DNA of 64,000 nt from Catajapyx aquilonaris (lineage: Eukaryota): NCBI GenBank assembly GCA_000934665.2, contig JYFJ02000185.1:1-64000 (forward strand), written 5' to 3'. Position numbers and translations under genes: made by a program. Positions 52,480 to 64,000 of this stretch are shown here, piece by piece. Within the stretch, counting starts at the first letter, position 1; each line of letters opens with the position of its first letter. The notes below the pieces were generated by a model, which had not been told where the DNA came from, ran no database searches, and was given only the letters and a program-made list of their open reading frames with translations.

Positions 52480-55400
52480 TTTGGTAGGAAAATGTGCTGT
52501 TTTCGATTACCTTACGTCAACTTCCCACGCGTATATATACAGTATAGGAAGTACTGGAGATTTGTTTTACAATAAGAGTTTTCAGAGAATGGCGCCCACT
52601 ACCTTGTGAAATGAGATCTGCTTCGACAGGCCGATTATGTGAGGAAAACCGATGTAAGTGTCCGGATCACACATCTAGTCCAAAGGTTGAAAAGACTGCC
52701 GTCCATAAGGCTTCGAAGACAAATCGATTGGGCAGTTGGAGAGGGGCCAAACCCACATTTATGACCGTGGTATTTCATTAGACTGCACACAATTATTGCC
52801 CGTGATCAATGAACTGTCAGTTACAATCTAGGAATATAAGCCTTACACAGTTGGACGGATGTCACTTTCCAATCACGCTTAATTGCATATTCGCCTAGAC
52901 AGTCGGGGTACAAGCTGAATTAATGACTACACGTGATGTTCTCTCTCGGAGGGGTTTTTTTTTCAACCGACACGAGTAGAAAAATTAACGAGAAAATGTA
53001 ATATCGACGTATTAACTGGACTGCATGAACCATATCAGTAGCGCAATTGAGCCGTTCTAAATCATTTTGCTGTATCGCACTGACTAACCTGACATACAGC
53101 TTCCCCATCAGTGAAAAAGCGTAACACCGAACTGGTCCTGATTCTCAATACTGCTGGATTTTTTTTTCCGCGAGGGAGCAGCCGATGTATAAAATTGAAT
53201 GTAGACTTGATTTCCCAGGAACAATATTTCGATTTTAAAAAAAACTACATTTTTTTGATCGGCGATCTTGGGAAGCAGTGTGAAGTGAAACACCCTCAAA
53301 AAAAATCTGTCTGAATGCAGTCACCCTAATTCTCTCTCTTTCCCTGAGTTGAAATCTCGACAATCGCACGCAGGATATGGTAGCAAAAGTAGATAGCTTC
53401 AAAAAAAATCCGCATATTTCCCTCGAGGTCGACAGCCATAAAATGCTAGACCTTTCGATTGCGACCACTCCGCCTCTCTCACGGTTTTTTTCTCTACTTC
53501 TTTTTCTAGCAAAGCGGAATTTTGTTACGAGCAAGGATTTCGGCTTACTCGCGTTTGCGATGGTATGGGGAAATCCGCGATTGTCGCAAAGGTGTCTTTT
53601 CAGAGAAATAGAAAGTATAGGATGCAGTTTTTTCCCTCTATACAAACGTGTATTAGATACTGTAGTAGTTGCAATAATGAGCGTTATAGAGGTAAAAAAG
53701 CCGACGTATTATACTGCACTTTCAATAAATCACAAGCATCGCATTATTATAACGATCATCATAATCATCCCCAATAATGTTGTTATCAATATTTCCATTT
53801 ATTGCATTACTTTTTATTACATTATCGAGTGTGACTTTGATTGCTTTGAAGCAGTGTGTAGCAGCACAGTAACTCATTTAATTCGTGATTGGAAAAGGGC
53901 ATTGATAATTATAACTATCATTATCTGCAGTCTCCTTGTAGTACAGTGTAGGCAAATTACCACATCAGGCGAGTGATAATAATTAGTCAAAAGAATGATA
54001 CGCGCATGCTGCTAATTGCGATAATTGTTGGGAAGTGATACCTGTCATTATAAGGACAGGCATAACTGCGGTTTGTTCTGTTCGCGTAGGGCTTTTTGAA
54101 GTGACCTCCTCGCTCATAAATTGAAAATATTTTGGGATGGTTCGGCTCCATGCTTCTGCTGCCTGCTGCGTATAACACCGTCCAATTATTCCGCGTAAAT
54201 CCCTCCAAATCAATTCTAAGGATCTAGGTCTCCTCTTTTCCCCTCGGAAAACTTGACAACAATCTTTTTCTCCTTGGGCACTATACAAGATCTTTGCTAA
54301 TTGGAGTGATTTCACCGTAACGAAGCTCGTTAGGGAAAGGAGGGAGTGGGCTTACAAAATGACAAAGATTTTCCATGCCGCTTGTTTACTTGACGTGCCT
54401 TGTCGGAGCCCAAAATGTCGATTCTCTCTCTCAGAGAGCATCCAACAAAAAAAAAGGAGAGAGTGATTGCCAGAATAAACAAGACTGGACATCCGCCCAA
54501 GCCAATGTCATATTCCCGGAAAAGATCTCTTCCCGGCGATACACTCTGGGCTTAAATGCTGTGTAAATGGAGTTTGCCTGTTACACGTCATTTATGTCAA
54601 GTTTTCCGCCTTGTTTTCTGGGTGGGTGGGATATGGGGGTGAACCCCTAAAAAAAAGAGGGAATGGCAATGGGGCTACTCTGTTACTCCATACAAGCGAG
54701 TTGGGGGGTGATTGATGGTAAGCGCATGCTTACCCCAGGCTTCGATTTTCGATTAGCGTGGCCGGACGCTATAGTCCACCTTCATATCGCCAATTTGCAT
54801 GGGGGGTGGTGGTGGTGGTATATAATGCAATGCAAATTGAAAATCGCTAGGTGCCACTTGAGACAGCCATTATGCCGGAGGGGGGTTATTCAGTGACCAG
54901 GACCAGCATTTAATTCGACCGCAATTACACCGCCTTTTTTATCTTGCCAAAGGACGTTACTTGCCAGAGAGCGATTTGCGCATTGTACGGACAATGGGTG
55001 AAAAAAGGTGTGTTTTCAATGAGAAAATAATATACCGTACTCATGAACATCATTTGGAAAGTCATAAATGTATCTACATACAGTAAATAAATCTACAATG
55101 AACAATTACCGGTAATAGCAATTAATATTGATGCAGCAGTTGTTTTGCAGTATTTACTATGTAAAATTAATAATAATTTATTTATAGAGCTGGTTGTATC
55201 ATACAAAATCTGAAAAAATTATTAGCCGATTATGTACAGGATGGGTGCATCTCGTTAATTGCGATAAAGTTGGGACCTTTTAAATTAGTAGGCTACGGAT
55301 CACATGACCAGCCCCCTAAATCACAGTGTGGGGGCTCGCGAGCTAATATTTCATGTCCGACCTGAGCTTGAACAATTCGTCGGGATGGGGCAGGCAAATA

Positions 55401-56289
55401 TGTTTATCGATGAAAACTATATAGCAAGTTGAGCGATAAGGATTTTTCCCATGTAAAAAAAATAAACGGGTTATCCGCAACAGTGGGCGCATTCACGAAC
55501 TTATTATTGGAAACTGTAGTGCCAATTCGATTGCGTATCGAAGCCAGTGTACATGTCACCTGCTTCTGACACCGGCCACCAAAACGATTCATCCCTCATT
55601 CAGCTGCAATGTTTATTGTTTCATTTGTATACACACGCCCTGCCCCATTGGGGTAAAATCCTTCGTCAATTTTCCAGGCCATCAAAAATCCATTTGGGCA
55701 GTACTTAAAAGGTTCACACTATGTGATATCTTCTCTTGAAATTGTGTTCATACAACTTGTCCTGACTGTTGTGTCGCCTGATACGTGACCTCCAGTCCAA
55801 TTGCTCCAATTACGGTGCGCGCGTGGCAATCGGCTATGAAATGCAAGTCACATCGTGTAAACAGAAGCCAGTAGAATGGGATTTGCATTCGGGTGCAAGG
55901 AAACAATCTGCCGGATTCCTAAAGCCTCTCCTCCCCTAACGCCTGTTAGCAAACTGGGAAGGAAAGAGAGGCAAAGCCGCGAAACGTGTGCGGACCAAAA
56001 GCCCCGTGATAGTGCGAAGTAGTTGAGCTTGTAAGTTGGCAAAGCAGAGACCCAGAGTCTGGTAAGGATGGGGGGGAAGAGTTCTTTGCACGTTTCCTTC
56101 CGAGTCGACGGAGCGGAACAAGCCAGATGGACGCACCTCGAGGATTCGAGGGGGACTCCTATGGATCTTCATTCAGCTGCTCGATTCCATTTGGAGGCTA
56201 CGAAATCCAGGAGCCTCTGTCGCTCCTAATAGTGTTGAGGCAGGGGTTGACAAAGTGCTTCTTATACACACCAACATAATGAGGATAAA

Positions 56290-56641
56290 TACTGGTCCTC
56301 AGGGAAGTGGCGCTGCGGTAACGTATGCGCCCACGGATGTTAAGGTCCCGGGTTCGATCCCAGCCCTGGGTTCCCCCCTTAATCTCGTGCAGAGTTGGGT
56401 CGTCTCTGGCTTCGTCTCGGGTGGATTTCCTTAGACTAATCCACCTGGGGGAGTTCATAAAATGACATTAGCAGCGACTGACTTTGCCCATCCCCTCCTG
56501 TCATCCTGCCCGTGGGCCCGGGCTCCGTTACGTATAAAGGTTCCAATATAATTATGTACGAGACATAAATAATGATCCGTGCTATATACCTCTGTTGAGG
56601 TCAAGCACTACCCGGATTATTATTATTACTGGTCCTCAGGG
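56290..56641 (+). mobile_element. Full-length tRNA-derived SINE with target-site duplication
   Basis: A-box-like TGGCGCTGCGG at 56308-56318 and B-box GGTTCGATCCC at 56351-56361. A 3' stem-loop is followed by an (ATT)4 tail (56616-56627). Identical flanking repeats TACTGGTCCTCAGGG sit at 56290-56304 and 56627-56641. Confidence 0.92.
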
Positions 56642-57055
56642 TCTGCCCCATCAGCCTTAAGTGTTATTAGTTAACCACACATGATCAGCTTTTAATTCAG
56701 GAGATGAAACTTCCTTTTGTGTGAGTGGTCTCAGAGGATAGTTTTCTACTATAGTATGGCCACAATGGACCTCATGAAAGGCTGATGAGACTCATTATTA
56801 TGCACTGACCTTTCCCAGTGGTACAGAGAAAATTATATTCTGTCTTATGTTATTGCATCATGTCTGGCCACAGACCACTTTGTGCAGTGTCTGATGCTAG
56901 ATGTAGCTATCTCTGGTTAATATGGAAATGCTGAATTATGCAACAGGTTTTGAAGACGCCTCATTACCATGCAGAGAAGTAAATTATTGTTAAAGAGGAT
57001 GATACCACTGCTAAGTGAAATAGCGTTGTTCCATAAACCAGCCACTAAAAAGAAG

Positions 57056-57159
57056 AAGAAATGTCCTCTTACGTACAAGCCACATTCACATGAAATGCTT
57101 CTTCCTTTTTAGCATTTCATGTGAATGTGGCTTGTACAGTACGTAAGAGGACATTTCTT
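57056..57159. repeat. Near-perfect 44-bp-arm inverted repeat (hairpin) with an 11-nt loop
   Basis: 57056-57099 is the reverse complement of 57111-57159, apart from one 5-nt insertion (CAGTA) in the right arm. Confidence 0.95.
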
Positions 57160-57662
57160 TAACCGTGGTATAGGGAACGACCCTCCATATTGTAATAATG
57201 TTTGTATACTGAAGAGCTACTCATTATGTTGTTATTCAATGTGTCTCCTGATAACTGTTTCAACCATTGTGCCAGATAATTATTCCAAAAGCTATCGAGA
57301 GTCGATTGCGTGCTGATATTTCGGGAAATGCAGGATATAATTTAATCTTCCAGACTTAGAGCAGTGATTCTTTTCCAAATTGTAATGTTTTTATCATTTT
57401 GGCGTAAAGGCTAATATTGACATTCGCAAAAATTTAAATCGATTCTTAAAGCTTGTTACTGTCTTGAATGCGAATAGAAGTTATACAGTTTGGCATGCAA
57501 GAGAAAGACAATCTAAAGCCCGAGACCCTTCCTCTGTATTTGTAGAAGTGAGCTCCAGGGAATTTAATGAATAATAATTAAGGGCAGTGATAATAGACAA
57601 GTAAACCGAGCTATCAGGAATTCATCTCGTACACCGACCTTTAATAGCAGGAAGAACCACCA

Positions 57663-57848
57663 GTATTATTGTTTTTATTAATAATATTGTTCATAATAAT
57701 AATAATAATATATTGTGTGATATGGCATGCATTAGAAGGTGCGATGTTGTTTGAATAAATGTAGGTTGCTTACATCTGCAGTTGTTACTATTGTTCATGC
57801 GAATGAGTTATTATTATGATTATTATTGTTGTTGTTATTATTATTATT
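57663..57848. repeat. Degenerate (AAT)n/(ATT)n low-complexity region
   Basis: Runs such as ATAATAATAATAATAATA and TTATTATTATGATTATTATTGTTGTTGTTATTATTATTA. Confidence 0.7.
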
Positions 57849-58706
57849 TCTCGGTTATTCTGTCCATAGCCTACTATACGTGATTGTGTATCATTTTTTC
57901 GAATGAATTGGGCGAGTGGCGTCTTGAAAAGTGAAATCTCTGCTGTGATATTTTGTATGGGCAATTCCTGATGCGCGGCTGTGGTTTATACCATCCATTA
58001 TGGAACAAGTGTTAACCTGTCATCTGCACTGCCCGATGCATTGCGTCAAAAATGCAATCCGAATAATTCGATTGATCTCTCGATAATTATCATTCCGGGC
58101 CAGAGTCAAAACAAACACAGTGGCGCGGTGTACGTGTAGATTTGTGCACTTTGCCGTTAACACACTGGCACCATTTTATTGTTTGGCGTTTACTTTTGCA
58201 TTTCCATGCTGATGAATCGGAATTGGCCCCTACCAGCCAATTACAAATCATGTCACTGGCAGGCTAGATTGTTGAGAGCAAACAGCGATGACTGCATTTT
58301 CCCAGCCAAAAAAAAATTAAAGGAGCTGGAATAAGCCTGTCAGGAACTGCGTAATCAAAATCTCCGTGTTTGCAAAACTTGGGATGAATTCTCGGAAATT
58401 TCTTAGCCATCCGGAGCAACAAAATCCATTGCATTCTGAAACCGGTTTTAATCCGTATCCGTGATGGAAATGGGATCTGGGATTTGCGCGTGATCCATCG
58501 TCGTAATGAGATAGATTGCGCCTATTCTTGAAAAATAGGACGATCTGTGTTTGCACATATTTTATTCTCTAAGTACGGTGGTGCCAAACGCAAAGCAATG
58601 AGGCGTAACAAATCGAGCAATTTTGTCACAGCCGACAGTGTCGTCACCTGTCAGATCCAAGTCAGACCTACTTCGGATGGTTTCAATTTATCAACTGGAA
58701 TGAGTG

Positions 58707-58785
58707 CAGGTAGACCTCGTTTTACAACGGGGTTAGGTTTCAGGAAAAGAGGGTCGTAAAATGAAACGTCGTAAAGGAAACCTAC
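58707..58785 (+). mobile_element. pogo/Tigger-like (Tc1/mariner superfamily) terminal fragment
   Basis: Begins CAGGTAGACCTCGTTTTACAACGGGGTTAGG, with TTTACAAC (58721-58728) and two inverted copies GTCGTAAA (58753-58760, 58768-58775). This layout resembles, from memory, Tigger/MER47-type ends. It is preceded by TG rather than TA, and I found no convincing opposite end. Confidence 0.5.
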
Positions 58786-59230
58786 TACTATTATAAAATA
58801 TTAAGGAATGATGTAATGCCTCCTGATAATATTCTGGAGAGTTCAAATAATATAAATGGCCAATGGTTCAATGTAAAAATAGGTCATAATATGAGGCCAT
58901 TATCCTTATGCATTCAGGTGTGAATAAAACCTACAGAATAAAACTATTGAGCCAAATTAAATACGGGTACTTAAGAGAAATCACATGAATGTGACCAGTT
59001 TAGCTTGAGGCACACTATAATTGAATACCCCAACCCTAAAAGCTACTATTCACACGAACTAGACATGCAATCTTATAGAAATACGCTGTTCACCAGATTG
59101 CCACCGTTTTCGAATTTATTTCTCCGGATGGGGTGACCCAACCCCTTGCCTTTCTTCCAATGCCCCGAAAATGATCCCAGAAGGTGCGCCAATTACGCAA
59201 GAGGTAGTATTCCCCGATTACAACATCACT

Positions 59231-59247
59231 GGGGGGGGGGGGGGGGG
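59231..59247 (+). repeat. G17 homopolymer
   Basis: Read directly; one of 12 G/C homopolymers of at least 10 nt in the window. Confidence 0.9.
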
Positions 59248-62200
59248 AGAGACAATCCTGGAATGCCTCTAGGGTGTGTGGATTGAGACGCCTGACGAGA
59301 TTAGACTCTCAACCTGTGTCCCACAGCAGCAGCCGGCCTTTTTCTGATCGAGAAAATCTCCTCTTACTGTGTGCGTGTGTCCGGATTCAACTTCCATCAA
59401 AGAGAGAGAGGGAGAGAAAAAAAGAGAAGAGAAATCAATTTCGCCAAACCTTCCCCAGTTCAATTGCTCCTATAGTCATCGCTCCTATCTGTCCTCCTCC
59501 CTCTGCATCTGTTGACTCTGCTCTTTGATTCAGGAAATTAGTTTTGCTCTCTAAATATAATAACACACCGGCTATAGATGCGTTTATACAATCAGACGCA
59601 TGCTTGGCACAATTTTTATTTTTGTGGTGCGGTGGTTACATAAAAGGTGAGCTAATGAGACAAGCCGGACTTGGTCCATTCCACAGCAATGAGAGAGATC
59701 AGAGGGGTATGCGTCCTAATGTTTCCCCAGGGCCACACCTCGTTTTCAGAGTCCGGAATAAAACGGGGGCAACAGGAGAAGAAGTTTTCTCTTCACCGAG
59801 CAGTTTTCCATGCCATAGTGGAACACCAGGGGTCGCTCATGGGACCCATGCGAGTCGCCTAAAAAAGGTGGGCTTGGTCCAGGTCCCCCTTTTAGTTTTG
59901 CCGATCACTCCTGCCGGACCATGTGAATGGACTGCAGTGGGACGTGTTGACTGCTTTGCTTTCTGTGTGCGACAAAAAAAAGGGTCACTGCTGGATACCT
60001 GCAGTGCTTGTGCTTAAAAATGGGGACAAGGGCGAATTTGAGACCGCAATCCTCTTACAGTCTCTCCATACCTTTCCAAACTATATTGAGCCCAAATTTC
60101 TAGCAAAGAATTTACAAAATAATACACAGTGGGATCAACCTAGTCCTGGCCCTCTATTTCCTTGTTATACACATTGGTATTGCACAATACATAATGAAAA
60201 ATGGCAGGCTTACAGTGACAGTGACCGCTGTACGTTTAAATGGTTTGGTTGTGTAAACCAAAGTTGAAACCGAAGCAATCAAATATACATGGAGCGTCAA
60301 CAGAATTATTCGCTGCACACACGAAATAAAATTTAATAAATAATTATACGCATTGTGTGAATGTACCCGGAGGTGAATATATTTGTGCCCATTATTACAA
60401 TACTATACATACAGTACATTCATAACTTATCCTGGCAATAAAGCACATGAAAATTAAATAATATTATGCAGGCTTTTTAGTGATATTAATGCACGATTGT
60501 TGGAGAACAATAGGACCAGCGTACCACATTTTAAGGTATTGATTATTATGCGTTTCTGCGGCTTAGCATGGCCGAAATAAACTTTCTGGCGTCCAGCTGG
60601 TATAGTGCTGCTGTGCCACACTCAACATTACAATTCTAGAGGTTATTGATATTTCCGCTTGAGTAATGTCACCCTGTAGTGTCACTTCGACCAGAAACAT
60701 TTGGGTCATAAACCACCAATGACTCTTCAACCTCCAGACATGTAATTTATATTGCGTTATAATATTGATGTCTCTGCTTTAAGTTAGGCGACACGCAATC
60801 TATCTCTTTAAATATACCTCGTACGAATATTATTTCTCCCGGTATATTCAGAGTTGGGCTTGCAGCAACTTTTGATTATTATTCATGCAGGTTATTTTAC
60901 GCATGAATGGCTTTGAAATAATGATTGCGCAGCCATTCATTACGGAACCTAAATAACTTATTATTGAAAAATTATAATATTCTCATTTTTTGTTGCAGTG
61001 AAACTGCAGCCTGCGGAAAGTTATTACGCTGCCGGAACAATTTACTCGTGAAATGTGCAATATATTCCGCAATCTTTCCCACTCAAAAAATGGCACAGTT
61101 TGGCAGTTTCATTTATACTTTTTTTGTCCTCTCGTAATAATAGCTGCACCACCATCAAAGGCACTTTTTTTTTAAATTTCACAAAAATTGACCCCCGCGG
61201 GAGCCATCCAAAAACCTGTACATTTTAACTGAAAAACTTCATATCCAGAAGTCGACTCCTTCTCATCGGGATGGAAAAAAGAGACCGTCAACTGCACTGC
61301 TTACCTCACATGCATGAAACTGACGTTTGAAACTGACACCTTCCTCTCTCGCCCCCCAACTCTGAACTTTGCTAGCTGCGCAATGCAGTTAGCTTCAGAG
61401 TCGATAACACCGACAGAGTACAAAAAGAGCCGGCCATCAGCTCGGGTCCAAAGTGTCGGTCTTAAGCAAGAATAGAGGGGGGCTGGAGAGAGGAGGTTTA
61501 GGGAGGGGGGGAATTATAAGGTTTTGCTATATAGTCATAAGCCTGGGCTCGTTTCGCCCATATACTCGACTTAAAATAAGCGGACCCGCGGAGAGGATCA
61601 AGCGAGGGGGGGTAGGGTAGGGCTTGATTTCCCAACTGCCAATCTCTACAGGTCATTGCAGCGCTAGGAAGCCCTGATGAAGAAGCTTTAATGTTGCCAG
61701 GAGCTATTACTCAGATGGCCGATCCGGCGGTTCTCTGCGCTAATCCTGGGACGCTGGTTGGAGACCGAATTATGTTGGCAAATCGAGCTGGCTTTTCCGG
61801 GGCACGAACAGTATTCCGGAGAAACCAGGGTTTTGAAACAAGGAAAAGTCAAGGGATAATCATGCGATTACCTTGTGCTGAACAGGTGACAAAAAAATAT
61901 TTGGTTGCAGTAACTATGTGCATATGTTGATGGAGGATCAAACGCGTGGTCTCATCCATGGGCTGCCCATGTGCTAATTTGAGTGCTAGTTTTCATCCGG
62001 CGCCAGTCAATGTCCCGTAAAAGAATAACCTTGTTGTCGTGGAGGGCTCCATCAACGCGGCTTTTTTAGCAAAACATTTTAACAAAAAAAAAATGCGGGC
62101 CCCACCGACCGGCGATAGATTGGATTACACACGTAACGTGTCGCTTTTGTCAGCATTTGTTGGCGGCGTTCGTCAGGAATCAATGCTATTTTGTTTTTGA

Positions 62201-64000
62201 AGCCACTGCTGTTGGATCAAGCTCAACCAGCGAAGTTTTTTTTGCACGCTATTTTTTTTGCCTCGTCAATCCGATCGATTGGATGGATTGAAGCGGTTTC
62301 GGATTATACTACTGCAATAAAAATCGTGTTTTCTGGAGTACACACACACACATCTTACAATTGCATGGGTATGAATAACGAGTCTTCTTGCTAGATCCTA
62401 CAGTGCCTTCCGATTGTTCCTGGAATCTTGGAAGAAGAAAAAAACGGAAGAAAGGCACGAGTGCATTCCAAGACCTCCGATTTCGGTCCTCATTACTGAA
62501 GAAGTAGAATCCCAGTCTTTGTGCCTGCACCTTCAGCAGCCTTATTGCAGTTTTCGGCTTGGGCTTTTTCCTCTCCTTCTCCTCCCAACAAAGGTGGCGC
62601 CCACCTCATCATCAGCTCATATCGATTCCTCTTTCTTCCTTACCCTTCCTGGAGAACGTCTCAAGTATCCTCGTTCCATCATAATTGCCTTGCTATAGAC
62701 GGCCTATATATATCCATGGTCGTCGCTCTATAGACAGACACATCCTCGTCTCGTTCCATCGATTAACTGGAGCGATGAAACTGTCGGAATTATTATGTGC
62801 ACCGCTGTAACTATTAATAGAGGACAACACTGCGAACTTAAATTAAATTTAAATGAATATCTCTCCCAACTTTTTCTTAAAACAGTTTGTAGTGCAATCC
62901 GGTATTACATGACGAATAGTCAAATTAGCAGACAGACCAATGGAATCCGGCTCACAAGAGAGTCCCAATCGATACCCGGAGCTGTTTAGAGGCAATTTGG
63001 ACACGCATTAAAATCGGAAGGTTTGCGATTCGAGGTTTCGGAATCCGTGCCTGGACCCAAAGTTTGGTAATCGGAAGGCAGACCGGATGAACCAGTTCCT
63101 TTACCCCCCCCCAAAGCCCTTCACCATAATGTGGCTCAGAGACCCAATATTGGTCTGGAATGTGTTGGCGGACCTTTTCCCCTGCAAACCTGAAGGAGAG
63201 GGTTTGCCGCCTCGCTAACAAGTTATATTATTAAAGAGAAGTAGCGTCTAGCCTGCGGAAAGGGGAAAAAACACATTCCAAAAAAAGTTGGGTCGAATAT
63301 TGCCAATTTTCTATTCTTTTCAGAGTTTGCGCGTGCTGGTAGCAAGAATAGCCTCAGTCGTGAAGATTTGCTTACCTACCATTTTTTTTCACTTTCATTC
63401 GTGGGCTCAGATTTTTGCCCGTGAATAAGTCAATCATGGTCTCTTCTTCGGGTTTGGAAAACTGTGTTTGCTCGAAGAGTTTCTCGGTTGAGGAGTAAAG
63501 AAGGTGGTGACAGGAACAGACAGAAGGGGTCGCACAGGCAATCAGACCGCCTTCTGACAAAATTCGGATTCAATTGATAAGTTGCGGGGAGGATGAAAAA
63601 TAAACTCTTCCTCAGTTTGTCTTTGTCTACTCGATCCCGACATGTACGGAGCCTCGGACAGAAAAAACATATTGGCTGTCACCTTTTTTTGTGTGCGTGT
63701 CGCTTGACTAGCCCTCCAATTTCATGTCAGAGAGGGTACATTGTGTATTGATCGGTTTTGTCGCCTCAGGGATGTCTTTGCTATATTCAAGTCGGATATG
63801 GGCATTATTACATATTAGAGAGAGAGAGAGAGAGAGGACGAGGGCTTCATTTTGAGCTGGCAAAAGGACGGGGCTAAATGCTTTGCATTGGAGATAAAAT
63901 TTCATTACCATCTCTCTGAGAATGTCGTGTAGTTGAACTCGATAATGGCTCGTTAATAAGCACTTGAGTGAACTAATCAATATTGAATGACTAAACGGAG

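Noticed and set aside
56301..56370. tRNA gene
   Set aside because: The stems are degenerate and the head continues into a body, tail and TSD, so it is a SINE head rather than a functional tRNA.
60891..60957. ATGAATGGCT/AGCCATTCAT hairpin as a pre-miRNA
   Set aside because: Only 10 contiguous base pairs with poor extension; chance or old MITE debris.
493..63980. ORF track as protein-coding genes, including the longest frames (20892-21464, 36896-37420, 43591-44130, 53377-53976)
   Set aside because: All are under 200 aa and overlap on both strands. Many start at non-ATG codons or run through homopolymers and microsatellites. None shows a recognisable domain, and a by-eye search found no homeobox WFQNRR-type motif.

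Overview
This is eukaryotic DNA, probably from an invertebrate animal, and I found no protein-coding gene, functional RNA gene or CRISPR array that I can support. The ORF track looks like chance open frames. GC is roughly 43% by eye. GC/CpG-richer islands with long G/C homopolymers and (GA)n tracts alternate with AT-rich spacers, as in a large intron or gene desert. The best-supported features are mobile-element relics: a complete tRNA-headed SINE with a target-site duplication (56290-56641), a non-autonomous Helitron (52212-52479, minus strand), a ~290-bp palindromic MITE (16393-16684), a decayed TTAA-flanked MITE (35851-36064), a pogo/Tigger-like terminus (58707) and a (TAAA)n-tailed retroposon stub (45882-46038). 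The most notable signal is a ~100-bp hairpin whose arms differ only by a Tc1/mariner-type excision footprint (TA to TACAGTA), matched by an apparent window-wide excess of TACAGTA/TACTGTA. There is also an unexplained exact 28-bp dispersed repeat. I cannot claim a new biological system; the regulatory calls are motif-level inference only.
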